In this document: one piece after another, positions 1-8,787 of the stretch
Layout: each line of letters opens with the position of its first letter
Position numbering within the stretch: the first letter of the stretch is position 1
Source: a virus
Length of the DNA stretch: 64,000 nucleotides
Reading direction: 5' to 3' (one strand)
Virus record (IMG/VR): IMGVR_UViG_3300022552_000002
Location: 32,001-96,000 of that record
Translations under genes and position numbers: made by a program
The notes under the pieces: generated by a model
Database searches by the model: none
Told to the model about the DNA's origin: nothing
What the model saw: the letters and a program-made list of their open reading frames with translations, nothing else

Positions 1-2
1 TT

Positions 3-191
3 TCTTCTGAGTACGATCATTTTCTTGTAAAGATGCTGAATGAACCATTTCTCACAAGATGGTATAACGATTCAGAAGATTGTTTTGGAAAACATATTTC
101 AATGAGAAGTTCTCATTGTAGAAATTCATGTTCATGTACTATATTGTGTAGACTCTTTTTCTGTAGATTCCATAAAACAAAGAATAAGTAA
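3..191 (+). CDS. 3' part of a hypothetical Cys-rich protein (truncated by window start)
   Basis: Frame 3 is open from the window start to TAA 189-191, which overlaps the next ATG. Encodes DCFG-x9-C-x3-C-x5-C. Confidence 0.6.
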   Translation, partial: SSEYDHFLVKMLNEPFLTRWYNDSEDCFGKHISMRSSHCRNSCSCTILCRLFFCRFHKTKNK

Positions 192-442
192 TGTTTGTTG
201 AAAGAGAAAAAATAGAGAAACTATTTGAACTTTGTTTTGATGATATGACAGAGTTTGAGAAACGTGAATTTGCCATGTTTTGTTTTACTCATCTTTACTT
301 CATCACATGTGTAGTTGGTGATGATGGTTCGCCAGTTAGTCTCCAAGGATTAATGAAGTTTAGACAATCAATAACAACAAATCTTTCAAGAGAAGATTTA
401 GAATACATCCGACGATTCTTTAGAGAAGTAAAAGATTTGTAA
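191..442 (+). CDS. hypothetical phage protein
   Basis: 83-aa ORF, TAATG-coupled to the upstream gene and tiled in the + strand array. Confidence 0.6.
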   Translation: MFVEREKIEKLFELCFDDMTEFEKREFAMFCFTHLYFITCVVGDDGSPVSLQGLMKFRQSITTNLSREDLEYIRRFFREVKDL

Positions 443-682
443 ATGACGAAGACTGAGACATTAATTGTAATTTGTTTTGTTTCTTGTCCCTTTTGTAAGG
501 CCAAGAAAGGCGAACATTGTGTATCTAAATGTAGAAGTTCTCATAGACACGATAAAAGATATAGACCTTATTGGGATCCTGAACATAAACCAAATTTAAA
601 ATATAAACCTGTTTATTTCAAAGAGCTTTACACAGCATATGAATCCAGAAGAAGAAAGTATGAGGCCGTGAAAAATGCCTAG
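443..682 (+). CDS. small phage zinc-finger protein
   Basis: CPFCKAKKGEHC...H..R motif (CPxCxAxxGxxC family). Confidence 0.6.
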   Translation: MTKTETLIVICFVSCPFCKAKKGEHCVSKCRSSHRHDKRYRPYWDPEHKPNLKYKPVYFKELYTAYESRRRKYEAVKNA

Positions 683-1058
683 AACTTTGTCATCTGACTT
701 AGCCCACATTGCAATCTTCATTGCTGAGATAGGTGAAGAATTTGAGATGCCCCTTGAAGAAGAGAAAAAAACAGAAGACAAATTCTTTATCATTGAGTTT
801 TTTGCTTATATGGAAGTCAGCAAAGAATTTAGTTTGAGACGTAGGGGAATTGAAGATGGTTATTATGTTGAATTTGAAAACAAAATGACAATTGGAATTC
901 ATTTGAAAGATATGAATGATGATATAGAGTGTTTAATGCAAACAAGAATATCAGGACAAATGGTTGGACTTTCTTTTCTTTTATCCAACATTGAAGCTAC
1001 AGCAAGAGTAGCTGATGTTTTGTTGGGTGAAGTTGTGACTATAGAACTGCGTTGGTAG
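675..1058 (+). CDS. hypothetical phage protein
   Basis: 127-aa acidic ORF with an overlapping start. Confidence 0.6.
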   Translation: MPRTLSSDLAHIAIFIAEIGEEFEMPLEEEKKTEDKFFIIEFFAYMEVSKEFSLRRRGIEDGYYVEFENKMTIGIHLKDMNDDIECLMQTRISGQMVGLSFLLSNIEATARVADVLLGEVVTIELRW

Positions 1059-1066
1059 GAGATAAA

Positions 1067-1405
1067 ATGTCTGAAAGAAAAGACAAAAAACCTTCAAAGA
1101 AACCGGCAAAAACTAAAGCAGAACTTCTTGAATTAGCAGTTAAAGAAAGAGCAGAATTGCGTATAGCAATTCCTTTCGATGAAGTAGTAGATCTTCTTGA
1201 TGTAGAAAATAGCAATATTGACCTCGATCTTGTAGGCATTGAAATAGATTATGATGATTTTATGTTTGGATATGAGAAAAATTTCAAAGACGAATTGGTT
1301 GAAAAAACAAAAAGAACTTCAAAAATTATTGTATTTAAAGCTGTTGATTTTATTGAAGTTGAAGTTCCATCTGTAACGAAAAAAATCAGAACTTTGAAGC
1401 TTTGA
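1067..1405 (+). CDS. hypothetical protein with Lys-rich N-terminus
   Basis: AGGAG SD precedes ATG 1067. Confidence 0.65.
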   Translation: MSERKDKKPSKKPAKTKAELLELAVKERAELRIAIPFDEVVDLLDVENSNIDLDLVGIEIDYDDFMFGYEKNFKDELVEKTKRTSKIIVFKAVDFIEVEVPSVTKKIRTLKL

Positions 1406-1413
1406 AAATTTTC

Positions 1414-1442
1414 TTGCGAAAAGAAAAGAGCAGCGCTACAGT
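1414..1442 (+). promoter_or_regulatory. putative sigma70-type promoter TTGCGA-N17-TACAGT
   Basis: Intergenic, 17-bp spacer, same -35 hexamer as the promoter at 16247. Confidence 0.5.
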
Positions 1443-1488
1443 CAAGAGTAGCTAAGAGATCTCAGTTCAAGAGACCTCGGGAGGAAAA

Positions 1489-2013
1489 ATGGTTGCCAAG
1501 AAAAAGTCTTCGTCTATCCCCACACCCAAATCACTCAACCTTCTCAAGTATTTGGGCGATCTAACGCCACTTCAAGCGTTGGCTCTCACCAAGTTCAGTG
1601 TGGTTCCTAAGGAACTTGTCGGTGAACTCACTGACCAAGTCTCCGCAGGATGCCATGTGGTGGACTTCATTGTACGTTTCCGTGGTGAACTCACCAAGAA
1701 TCCTGACCACGAAAAGAAGCCTACCAGCAGCATTCCATGGCTCGTTGTGATCGCTCTCCTCGTTCGTCGTTCTGGTGCTACCAGAAAGAAGAGCGTAGAG
1801 ATGTTGTTTGAGATTCTGAAAGAAGCAATGAAACTCAACAAAGAAACAGATGAAGTTCGTGAAGAAATTCTTGAGAAAACTGGTGTTAGAGATGCAATGG
1901 AACAATTGTCGGAACATATTGACGACCTGCCTAAGATAACAGCTCGAGGTCATGTCAGTAAAAGATATGAAGTAGATTTGCTGGCAGACATTGAAGCTAC
2001 ACACGTTAAATAA
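1489..2013 (+). CDS. hypothetical phage protein
   Basis: GGAGG SD; 174-aa ORF. Confidence 0.75.
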   Translation: MVAKKKSSSIPTPKSLNLLKYLGDLTPLQALALTKFSVVPKELVGELTDQVSAGCHVVDFIVRFRGELTKNPDHEKKPTSSIPWLVVIALLVRRSGATRKKSVEMLFEILKEAMKLNKETDEVREEILEKTGVRDAMEQLSEHIDDLPKITARGHVSKRYEVDLLADIEATHVK

Positions 2014-2020
2014 AAACAAA

Positions 2021-2043
2021 AGCTAGGCGTTAAATGCTTAGCT
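2021..2043. terminator. small intergenic hairpin (possible terminator or processing site)
   Basis: AGCTAGGCGT-TAA-ATGCTTAGCT pairs with G-U wobbles and is flanked by A tracts. Confidence 0.3.
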
Positions 2044-2059
2044 GAAAAAGGAGAGAGTT

Positions 2060-3298
2060 ATGATGAGTCCTCGTCAAGTGGTCTGTCCTACATGTGGTGT
2101 GCGTCCTGGTCAAAGCTGTGTGACAGTAGATGGTTTTCGAGCACATGGCTATCACGCTGCACGCAAGGGCGTGGCTAATGATAATGGTGCGGCGAAGCCA
2201 AAGCCAAAGAAGGCTAAGAAGAAGCTAGAACCAGCAATGCCGCAGCAGGTTGATGCTTCCAAATTAGTTAATCACATTGCTCTCATTATTGATGGTAGTG
2301 GTTCGATGGGTCATCTTTACAAGAAAGCGCGAGAGGTGATAAATAGTCAGCTGAAAACCATTAAGAAGAATGCAGCTGCAAATAGCATAAAGACTTTTGT
2401 TAGCCTCTATGTCTTTGAGGATAGAGTTAAAACAATTTATGTGAATGTGCCTATTAAGATGGCAGCGCCTTTGAGTGAATTTGATTACGGTCGAAATATG
2501 GGTATGACTGCGCTTCGTGATACAGTGATGCAGGCAGCAGCAGATTTCAATCAGTGGACAAACGATGTTAATCATAGCTTCCTCATTGTAACAGTGACAG
2601 ATGGAATGGAGAATGCATCTCGTCGATATAGAGGGCATTCAGGTAAGAAGCAATTCCAAGAATCTGTTGAAAGATTGCAGAAGACAGATCTCTGGACTTT
2701 TGTGTATTCTGTTCCTCCTGGTGATTCTCGGGAAGTTCAAGATAGTCTTGGTGCTCATCCTGGTAATATTCAGGAATGGCAACAGACAGAGCAAGGTATC
2801 AAGCGTGCTGGTGATATGATCTCTAGCGGTCTTGATACTTATTATACGAGTCGCGCACAAGGTCAGCGTTCAACTACAACCTATTTTGCAGATCTCAAAC
2901 ATGTTGATGATGCTGATCTCGAAAATCTCAATGATGTTTCTGGTAACTTCATTCGTTGGAAGATTCCTTATGATGTCGATATTCGTAGTTTTGTGAATGG
3001 AAAAGTCAATTCTGATATGCGTGTGGCCAGACAAATCGATAGGTACAGACAAGGTAAGGGCTACTATCAGCTGACCAAGAGCGTGCTTGTTCAGGAAAAT
3101 AAAAGGTTCCTCATCATGGACAAGAAAACAGGGGCGATCTTCGGTGGTGAGCAGGCTCGTGCGCTCGCTGGTATCCCCCTTGGCCAACGTCACCAAGTGC
3201 GTCCAGGGGATTTCAAAGACTACCTCCTGTTCATTCAGAGCACTTCTGTCAATCGCAAGCTCATTAGCGGAACTGTTCTTTTGTACGACACAAACTAG
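2060..3298 (+). CDS. zinc-finger / von Willebrand factor A (VWA) domain protein with conserved C-terminal domain
   Basis: N-terminal CPTCGVRPGQSC..H..R finger; MIDAS motifs IIDGSGSM, TALRD and VTDGMEN; C-terminal GYYQLTK...FIQSTSVNRKL. Confidence 0.85.
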   Translation: MMSPRQVVCPTCGVRPGQSCVTVDGFRAHGYHAARKGVANDNGAAKPKPKKAKKKLEPAMPQQVDASKLVNHIALIIDGSGSMGHLYKKAREVINSQLKTIKKNAAANSIKTFVSLYVFEDRVKTIYVNVPIKMAAPLSEFDYGRNMGMTALRDTVMQAAADFNQWTNDVNHSFLIVTVTDGMENASRRYRGHSGKKQFQESVERLQKTDLWTFVYSVPPGDSREVQDSLGAHPGNIQEWQQTEQGIKRAGDMISSGLDTYYTSRAQGQRSTTTYFADLKHVDDADLENLNDVSGNFIRWKIPYDVDIRSFVNGKVNSDMRVARQIDRYRQGKGYYQLTKSVLVQENKRFLIMDKKTGAIFGGEQARALAGIPLGQRHQVRPGDFKDYLLFIQSTSVNRKLISGTVLLYDTN

Positions 3299-3301
3299 AC
3301 T

Positions 3302-3313
3302 TTTGTAGTATAT
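3302..3313 (+). promoter_or_regulatory. repeated intergenic motif TTTGTAGTATAT (copy 1)
   Basis: The identical 12-mer occurs at 6890 (+) and 16229-16240 (-), each intergenic and upstream of genes. Confidence 0.55.
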
Positions 3314-3319
3314 ATAGTG

Positions 3320-3385
3320 GGGGTGCTGGTGGGAGGAAGCTCAGGAGAGTTTCAGACACTCCTCTCTGGGTTCCACCAGCACCCC
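3320..3385 (+). other. GC-rich RNA stem-loop (leader or small structured RNA)
   Basis: GGGGTGCTGGTGG / CCACCAGCACCCC is a perfect 13-bp inverted repeat with additional internal pairing. Confidence 0.6.
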
Positions 3386-3397
3386 TTCGGAGATTGA

Positions 3398-3877
3398 ATG
3401 AAAATCATCTTCCTAGACATTGATGGAGTGCTTGTTACACCAGGCTCATTACGCGCTAGTGGTGGAAAAGTATTCTCTGATTTTCATCCTCCTTGTGTTG
3501 CTTGTTTAAACGAAATTATCAAGAAGTCAAACGCCAAGATTGTAATATCTAGCACTTGGCGTCATGGTCATCCAAAATATTTTGATATACGTTCGTTCTT
3601 AGAAGAACAAGGAGTCAAAGGCGAGATAATAGGAATGACACGAACTGGTGATTCTGCTCATCGTGGAATCAAGATCATGGCTTGGTTAGCAGATCATAGT
3701 AATGGTTTTCAAGTTAAAAATGCAGTAGGTCAAATAATAGGAAGTGATAGAATTGATTCATATGTGATTCTTGATGATACATTGGTTAGACCTTATGATA
3801 ATCTTGTCCAAACAGACATGAATGATGGACTCAATCCAAATCATATCAAAAAAGCATTGGAAATTTTGAATGGATAA
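3398..3877 (+). CDS. HAD-superfamily phosphatase (Swiss-army-knife RNA-repair type, HAD_SAK_2-like)
   Basis: FLDIDGVL, IVISSTWR, RG..I..WL and YVILDD motifs. Confidence 0.85.
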   Translation: MKIIFLDIDGVLVTPGSLRASGGKVFSDFHPPCVACLNEIIKKSNAKIVISSTWRHGHPKYFDIRSFLEEQGVKGEIIGMTRTGDSAHRGIKIMAWLADHSNGFQVKNAVGQIIGSDRIDSYVILDDTLVRPYDNLVQTDMNDGLNPNHIKKALEILNG

Positions 3878-4151
3878 CAATCCAATACGTCCAGGAAGCA
3901 TAGATGAAATGTTTGGTAAGGTAATTCTTTGGGAATTAGAACAAGTAGCTGAAAATCTGAAGATAGATATAAAGGATGTTATTACCGCAATCAAATCAGG
4001 AAAATTAGCATTTGTTCAATTTCCTGGAGAAACAGAAAAAATAGCACTGTATCATTTGTATCAATATGTAGAACAGTACACGTACAAATATGATGAACTC
4101 AAACAAGAAATGATACAGATTATGAAAGGAAAAGAAAATGGCACTGAATAA
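3870..4151 (+). CDS. excisionase-like helix-turn-helix DNA-binding protein
   Basis: LEQVAENLKIDIKDVITAIKSGKL resembles the HTH_17/MerR-like winged HTH. Confidence 0.6.
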   Translation: MDNNPIRPGSIDEMFGKVILWELEQVAENLKIDIKDVITAIKSGKLAFVQFPGETEKIALYHLYQYVEQYTYKYDELKQEMIQIMKGKENGTE

Positions 4152-4488
4152 ACACGAATTGAGAATTCTTCTTGTTATTCTACAAAGAATGAATAAGGTT
4201 TCGAATAATTACGAATCGTGCAGTGAGTGTGGCACGATTCATGAAATTAATGAATTTGATGATTTGCAATTTGATTTTCAAATGGAAATCATCGATCATC
4301 CAAGTAATAGACAGATTGCAGTAGCTATGGAGAGTTTTATTATCGAAAGAAACAAAAGAAACGAAGATGATATGATTTTTGAAGCTGGTCAATCTAAACC
4401 TGGAAAGGGCCAGCGAAAGATGATTTACTTCAATTCGTACTATATGTTTGAGTATCTGATGCATAGGATAAAAGAAGAGAGCGAATAA
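4138..4488 (+). CDS. hypothetical protein
   Basis: 116-aa ORF containing CSECG. Confidence 0.6.
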   Translation: MALNKHELRILLVILQRMNKVSNNYESCSECGTIHEINEFDDLQFDFQMEIIDHPSNRQIAVAMESFIIERNKRNEDDMIFEAGQSKPGKGQRKMIYFNSYYMFEYLMHRIKEESE

Positions 4489-4703
4489 TGTCAGCATGGG
4501 CACATTTGGTAATTGTAATAGTGAATATTTTCTTTTGTATAGTTTTGTTGATACGATTGTTTAGGATGATATTTTTACAAAGAGAATTAAAAAGATTGTA
4601 TATGGTAGTAAAAATTCAAGATAAAGAAATATTTGATCAATTGATACAAATGAAATATATGAGTGTTCCTGGGAAGATATTGAACAAAAGCACAAACAGA
4701 TGA
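4488..4703 (+). CDS. small membrane protein
   Basis: N-terminal hydrophobic helix; TAATG-coupled to the upstream gene. Confidence 0.55.
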   Translation: MSAWAHLVIVIVNIFFCIVLLIRLFRMIFLQRELKRLYMVVKIQDKEIFDQLIQMKYMSVPGKILNKSTNR

Positions 4704-4715
4704 TAGGAAGACACA

Positions 4716-5108
4716 ATGGCAACTCCTAAGCTGAAAGAATTAGCTCGCAAAGAGCTTCGTAAACTTGCTGATGAATATGGTCTTGACATCTCTGAAGAGA
4801 TGAAGAAGAAAGATATACGTAAACTTATTAAGAAGAAAATGAAAGATGGAGTTGAACCTCCACGATCCAAGGATGAGTTAATTATCGATTTTATTAAGAG
4901 TATGGTTGCAATTGAAGAAGCAATAGAACCGTATAAGGAACAAAAGAAAGATCTCAAGAAGCAATACAAAGAGAATAGTTGGCTCGATGCCAAGGAGCAG
5001 AAGAGAGCACTTCAAGCTCTTCGTCTATTGAAGAATGGTGAGAATATTGATGCTCTTGTTAAATATTATCAAGAGATTCAACAACAGACTGGTATTGGAG
5101 AAGACTAA
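4716..5108 (+). CDS. Rho-N/HeH-like plus GapR/T4-DsbA-like DNA-binding protein
   Basis: LKELARKELRKLADEYGL..MKKKDI N-terminal motif; C-terminal IIDFIKSMVAIEEAIEPYKEQKKDLKK...LDAK helical pattern. Confidence 0.55.
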   Translation: MATPKLKELARKELRKLADEYGLDISEEMKKKDIRKLIKKKMKDGVEPPRSKDELIIDFIKSMVAIEEAIEPYKEQKKDLKKQYKENSWLDAKEQKRALQALRLLKNGENIDALVKYYQEIQQQTGIGED

Positions 5109-5314
5109 TGAATAAGATGAAACCACTTGAACTTTCTCTTAATAGCTGTATGAATCCAATAGAGGTTATGAAAAGATTTGCAGATATTTGTGTCAAAATG
5201 AATGAAGTGATAGATGTTGTTAATATATTAACAAGAGAAAGATTATTGTCTTCTGAAGAGCGTAGAAAACTCGAGATAATGAAAATACAAGCTGAAGATA
5301 AAGTGAAGATATGA
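5108..5314 (+). CDS. hypothetical protein
   Basis: Coupled small ORF. Confidence 0.5.
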   Translation: MNKMKPLELSLNSCMNPIEVMKRFADICVKMNEVIDVVNILTRERLLSSEERRKLEIMKIQAEDKVKI

Positions 5315-5646
5315 TTTGCGAACACGGCAGAGATCGCAGTCAAGAACCGTGTAACGTTTGTGATGAATTGGAGACGTGCGATCCTAAACATCACAGACGT
5401 ATGAAGCGTGGAATACAACAAGGACAAAAAATGGATGTTAAAGAGAGCATTGCTATTCTTCTTACAGCAAAAGGCATGTTAGAAGATGAACTTCTGGAAC
5501 AAATTACTCGAATAATTAATACATTCAGAGAGACACATAGTATTGCTCCATCTGATATATACGTTGAAATGATTCACAGAGAAACACTTGGTCAACCAAA
5601 AGAACATGTAGTGGGTAGAATTCAAGTGTGTTTTGATTTGGAGTAA
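5311..5646 (+). CDS. hypothetical protein
   Basis: ATGA overlap; CEHG..CNVC N-terminus. Confidence 0.55.
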   Translation: MICEHGRDRSQEPCNVCDELETCDPKHHRRMKRGIQQGQKMDVKESIAILLTAKGMLEDELLEQITRIINTFRETHSIAPSDIYVEMIHRETLGQPKEHVVGRIQVCFDLE

Positions 5647-5648
5647 TT

Positions 5649-5915
5649 ATGAAAAACATCTATGTTGAAAAATGTTGTGAATGTCCATTCGTTTGTTGTG
5701 TAGGCGAAGACTTTGGTGAATATGATTGTGAATTTAAACCAAAAGGAATCGATAAAGAAGGTACATATGAAGATGGAAGAAAATATATTATTGCAGAAGA
5801 TATTCCTTCTGGAACAGAGAAACCACCTGATTGGTGTCCGCTAAGAAAAGAAGAAGTCATCACAGTCCAACTAACCATGAAGTGGGCTTTAGAGGAAGTA
5901 GATGGGAAATCATAA
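5649..5915 (+). CDS. Cys-rich phage protein (CxxCP...PDWCPL type)
   Basis: CCECPF and PPDWCPL motifs, common in small phage proteins. Confidence 0.7.
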   Translation: MKNIYVEKCCECPFVCCVGEDFGEYDCEFKPKGIDKEGTYEDGRKYIIAEDIPSGTEKPPDWCPLRKEEVITVQLTMKWALEEVDGKS

Positions 5916-6249
5916 ACACGTTAAGGTTCGTAACAACGAAGCTGCTATTGTTTTCACCAACGATAGAGGTTTCGATATCGTTACTGGTTACGGACCATTG
6001 CTTATTCTAAAAATGGCTCAAGCTTTTGCCGTGTGTTATGCTGTAACCACACATGAACATTTGTTTGATGCCTTTAGAAGAATTATTATTTCAGATATGC
6101 AGATTCGTAAGCATCATTCAACCGATGTTAAAGAAAGAATGCAAAGACAACAGATGATCGATTTGTTGTCTGATGGACTTGAAGAATTCGAAGACAAGGG
6201 GGGAGAAGAAGATGGTGATGGAGAAGATGGACCCACAGAAGAGACATGA
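5902..6249 (+). CDS. hypothetical protein
   Basis: GAGG SD; acidic C-terminal tail. Confidence 0.6.
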   Translation: MGNHKHVKVRNNEAAIVFTNDRGFDIVTGYGPLLILKMAQAFAVCYAVTTHEHLFDAFRRIIISDMQIRKHHSTDVKERMQRQQMIDLLSDGLEEFEDKGGEEDGDGEDGPTEET

Positions 6250-6532
6250 TGTAGTCGAAAGAATCGTCAACTCAGGTGATGAATCTGCGAATATTATTTT
6301 GCAGATTTGTGATGAAATAGAAGTAGAAGCCAATGGTTATGTTGATTTTCATATAGGTAAAAATGTATATTGCTGGAAAGAAGAAGGTGGTTGGTTGATT
6401 TTTCCAGAAAAAGAATTAACAGAATTTGCTTGTAATTTGATGAGAAAAAACACTGAAATGCAATCGTTGCTCGTTCAGCATTTTTCAACACATCAACAAT
6501 TAGAACGGTTAGCGCGGAGCCAAGATGACTGA
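6212..6532 (+). CDS. hypothetical protein
   Basis: GGAG SD before ATG 6212. Confidence 0.55.
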   Translation: MVMEKMDPQKRHDVVERIVNSGDESANIILQICDEIEVEANGYVDFHIGKNVYCWKEEGGWLIFPEKELTEFACNLMRKNTEMQSLLVQHFSTHQQLERLARSQDD

Positions 6533-6875
6533 TGAAACCGATCTCTATTTTTATAAGGCAACGGTTCGTCGTGTAGTCGATGGCGACACAGTAGATCTCG
6601 ATGTAGATTTAGGAATGAAGTGCCACGTACACGAGAGAATACGATTCAACAATTTTGATGCTCCTGAAACCTATGGTGTGAAGAAAGATTCTGAAGAATA
6701 TCAACGTGGTTTAGCCGCGAAGATTGAGTTGCAAACTCTTCTTCCTGTGGGTCGTGAAGTTTTTGTGAAGACTTTCAAGGATAAAACAGGCAAATATGGT
6801 AGGTATATAGCTCAAATTTTTACTGGTGGTATTAATGTTGGTGAATTTATGGTTTCTTCTGGACACGAAAAGTAG
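6525..6875 (+). CDS. thermonuclease (staphylococcal nuclease-like)
   Basis: RVVDGDTVD, RIRF..DAPE and GKYGRYIA motifs. Confidence 0.9.
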   Translation: MTDETDLYFYKATVRRVVDGDTVDLDVDLGMKCHVHERIRFNNFDAPETYGVKKDSEEYQRGLAAKIELQTLLPVGREVFVKTFKDKTGKYGRYIAQIFTGGINVGEFMVSSGHEK

Positions 6876-6889
6876 GAAAATTTGTAGCT

Positions 6890-6901
6890 TTTGTAGTATA
6901 T
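6890..6901 (+). promoter_or_regulatory. repeated intergenic motif TTTGTAGTATAT (copy 2)
   Basis: Identical to the copies at 3302 and 16229; precedes an AGGAG SD and ATG 6922. Confidence 0.55.
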
Positions 6902-6921
6902 GTAATATAGGAGAAAAACAA

Positions 6922-7332
6922 ATGTCGAATGGTTACAAGTTTTGTTGGAATTGTGAATATTATCATTCTCTTGGAATGAATGACGATTCTCATGGAAAAT
7001 GTCAAGGAACCCCTCCGAATCCATCGGTGACAGAAGGTAGTGGTTATCCTCGTGTTTCTTTCAATAGTGACTGTAGTTGCTGGAGACCGCATCCAAATAA
7101 AGTGAAGATTCCTGGTCAAGATCCATTGCAAAAACGTATCGATTCTGCTATCAAAGAATTAGTACAATTTGGAATGGGATTAGCTAAACAGCATCATCAA
7201 TTTAGACTTAGACCGCATGAAACTCTATCATTACAAGAATTAGAAAACGATCCTGAATATCAAAAATTATTACACATCATTAAAATTCTCTCTGGTGAAA
7301 ACGAAACAACGAACTCTGAAGAACAGATATAA
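6922..7332 (+). CDS. Cys-rich hypothetical protein
   Basis: CWNCEYY..GKC..PP..YPRV..CSCW motif; AGGAG SD. Confidence 0.7.
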   Translation: MSNGYKFCWNCEYYHSLGMNDDSHGKCQGTPPNPSVTEGSGYPRVSFNSDCSCWRPHPNKVKIPGQDPLQKRIDSAIKELVQFGMGLAKQHHQFRLRPHETLSLQELENDPEYQKLLHIIKILSGENETTNSEEQI

Positions 7333-7345
7333 AAGGAGAAAGAAA

Positions 7346-7552
7346 ATGGCAAAGAAGAATCCTCTCGTCACTACTGCCAAGATCAAGGGTAAGGTCTACT
7401 ACTTCGTCGATGGAGTGGGACCAAAAGGCCCTCACGTTGAAGCTCGAGGCGACAGCGTGAAGTTCATCAATCCAGATGATGAAGAGACTCCCAAACGCGA
7501 CATGTCCTATGTCGGTTCTGCCATCAAGCTCATGGTTGAAGCTAATCAGTAG
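7346..7552 (+). CDS. hypothetical protein
   Basis: AGGAG SD; GC3-rich codons like the putative highly expressed genes. Confidence 0.7.
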   Translation: MAKKNPLVTTAKIKGKVYYFVDGVGPKGPHVEARGDSVKFINPDDEETPKRDMSYVGSAIKLMVEANQ

Positions 7553-7654
7553 AGCTTCTGTATCGACAAGGACATTCAGTATCTAACGAGGTTTATGTCT
7601 CGTGATGCTCAAAAAGTATCTAACCAATCCTTGATTTTTTCAAGGAAACAAAGG

Positions 7655-8551
7655 ATGAAAACAATGGCAAATTCGAAAGTGGCAATCTTTGTGGATGGTA
7701 AGAATTTCTATGAAGGTCTTCGTGCCAGTGGATTGACTAACAAGATTGATTTTCCAGCTCTGTCTGAGTTTATGGTCAGAGTTGTAAGAGGTAATATACT
7801 TACAGGACTTCATTATTACACTGGTATTGAGCCAGTGGGATATCAACCACAGCAGCAGCCATCACAATCATCAGAAGACAATGACGAGAACAGTGATGAG
7901 AAGCCAGAGCAGCTTCAGGAGCAGAAGAGAGGCGGTCTTGATGGCTTTCTTTCATTCCTTGAGACGCAGCCTGGATGCTTTGTGTATCGCTTTCCTCGAC
8001 GCATTCGGCGTGTCTCTTGTGGTGAGTGTGGTCATGAGCACGCCTATACAGAAGAGAAGGCAGTTGACACGTCGTTGGTAGCGACCATGATTAGACAGGC
8101 GGCAATTGATGCGTTCGATTCAGCGGTGCTTTGTTCAGGAGATGCCGATCACACACCGGCACTTGAAGCACTACGGGACCTGGGAAAGCCTACCTGGGTT
8201 GCAACTTTCGGGGGTCATGGTCTCTCACGTCGTCTTCGTCAAGCGGCTTATGGCCACATCGATCTTTCCGCAGCCCATGGGAAGTATTCCGAGGGATTCG
8301 ATGAGGAAAATGAGAAGGGCGACGATGAATACGATGTGGTTGCGGCTCTTGAAGAAGCCGAAAAGTATTTCGGTGACGAACGTTATGTCGGCTTCAATAT
8401 GTTTGTGAAAGAATGGCGTTCAGAATATCTCCCAAAAAACATCACGCGACGTAAGCAATTCGTGCAGGAAATGATTGATGATGGACGAGTTGAAGCATAC
8501 GAAGCCGATGACGGATGCAGAGCCATTAGAACAATTTGTGCCGATAGCTGA
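7655..8551 (+). CDS. NYN-domain (LabA/DUF88, PIN-like) ribonuclease
   Basis: IFVDGKNF, EKAVDT and SGDADH..AL..G motifs; CGECG insertion; helical C-terminal domain. Start uncertain (7595, 7655 or 7664). Confidence 0.9.
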   Translation: MKTMANSKVAIFVDGKNFYEGLRASGLTNKIDFPALSEFMVRVVRGNILTGLHYYTGIEPVGYQPQQQPSQSSEDNDENSDEKPEQLQEQKRGGLDGFLSFLETQPGCFVYRFPRRIRRVSCGECGHEHAYTEEKAVDTSLVATMIRQAAIDAFDSAVLCSGDADHTPALEALRDLGKPTWVATFGGHGLSRRLRQAAYGHIDLSAAHGKYSEGFDEENEKGDDEYDVVAALEEAEKYFGDERYVGFNMFVKEWRSEYLPKNITRRKQFVQEMIDDGRVEAYEADDGCRAIRTICADS

Positions 8552-8786
8552 TCGCTCTGAGTATCCATTAAGCTACTATGACATCGTGGAGTACATGCTC
8601 CACGGTGATTATAGTAAATATCAATTCAAGCGTCCACCTGAAGAGGTGAGTGTTATGGTGCATGATTATATGTGTCATGCTGAAAAAGCATCGGCAATAT
8701 TCCATCCTGAATATGGATGGTTTGTAATCAAGGCACCATGTTCAGTTGTTGCATGGTGGAAGAAGACACACTTGATAGGAGATTGA
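8538..8786 (+). CDS. hypothetical protein
   Basis: Fills the gap between the NYN gene and the next gene; start uncertain. Confidence 0.5.
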   Translation: MPIADRSEYPLSYYDIVEYMLHGDYSKYQFKRPPEEVSVMVHDYMCHAEKASAIFHPEYGWFVIKAPCSVVAWWKKTHLIGD

Positions 8787-8787
8787 G

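Noticed and set aside
3320-3385. SRP (4.5S) RNA or tRNA identity for the hairpin
   Set aside because: It contains AGGAAGC and TCAGG but in the wrong order for SRP domain IV, and it has no cloverleaf.
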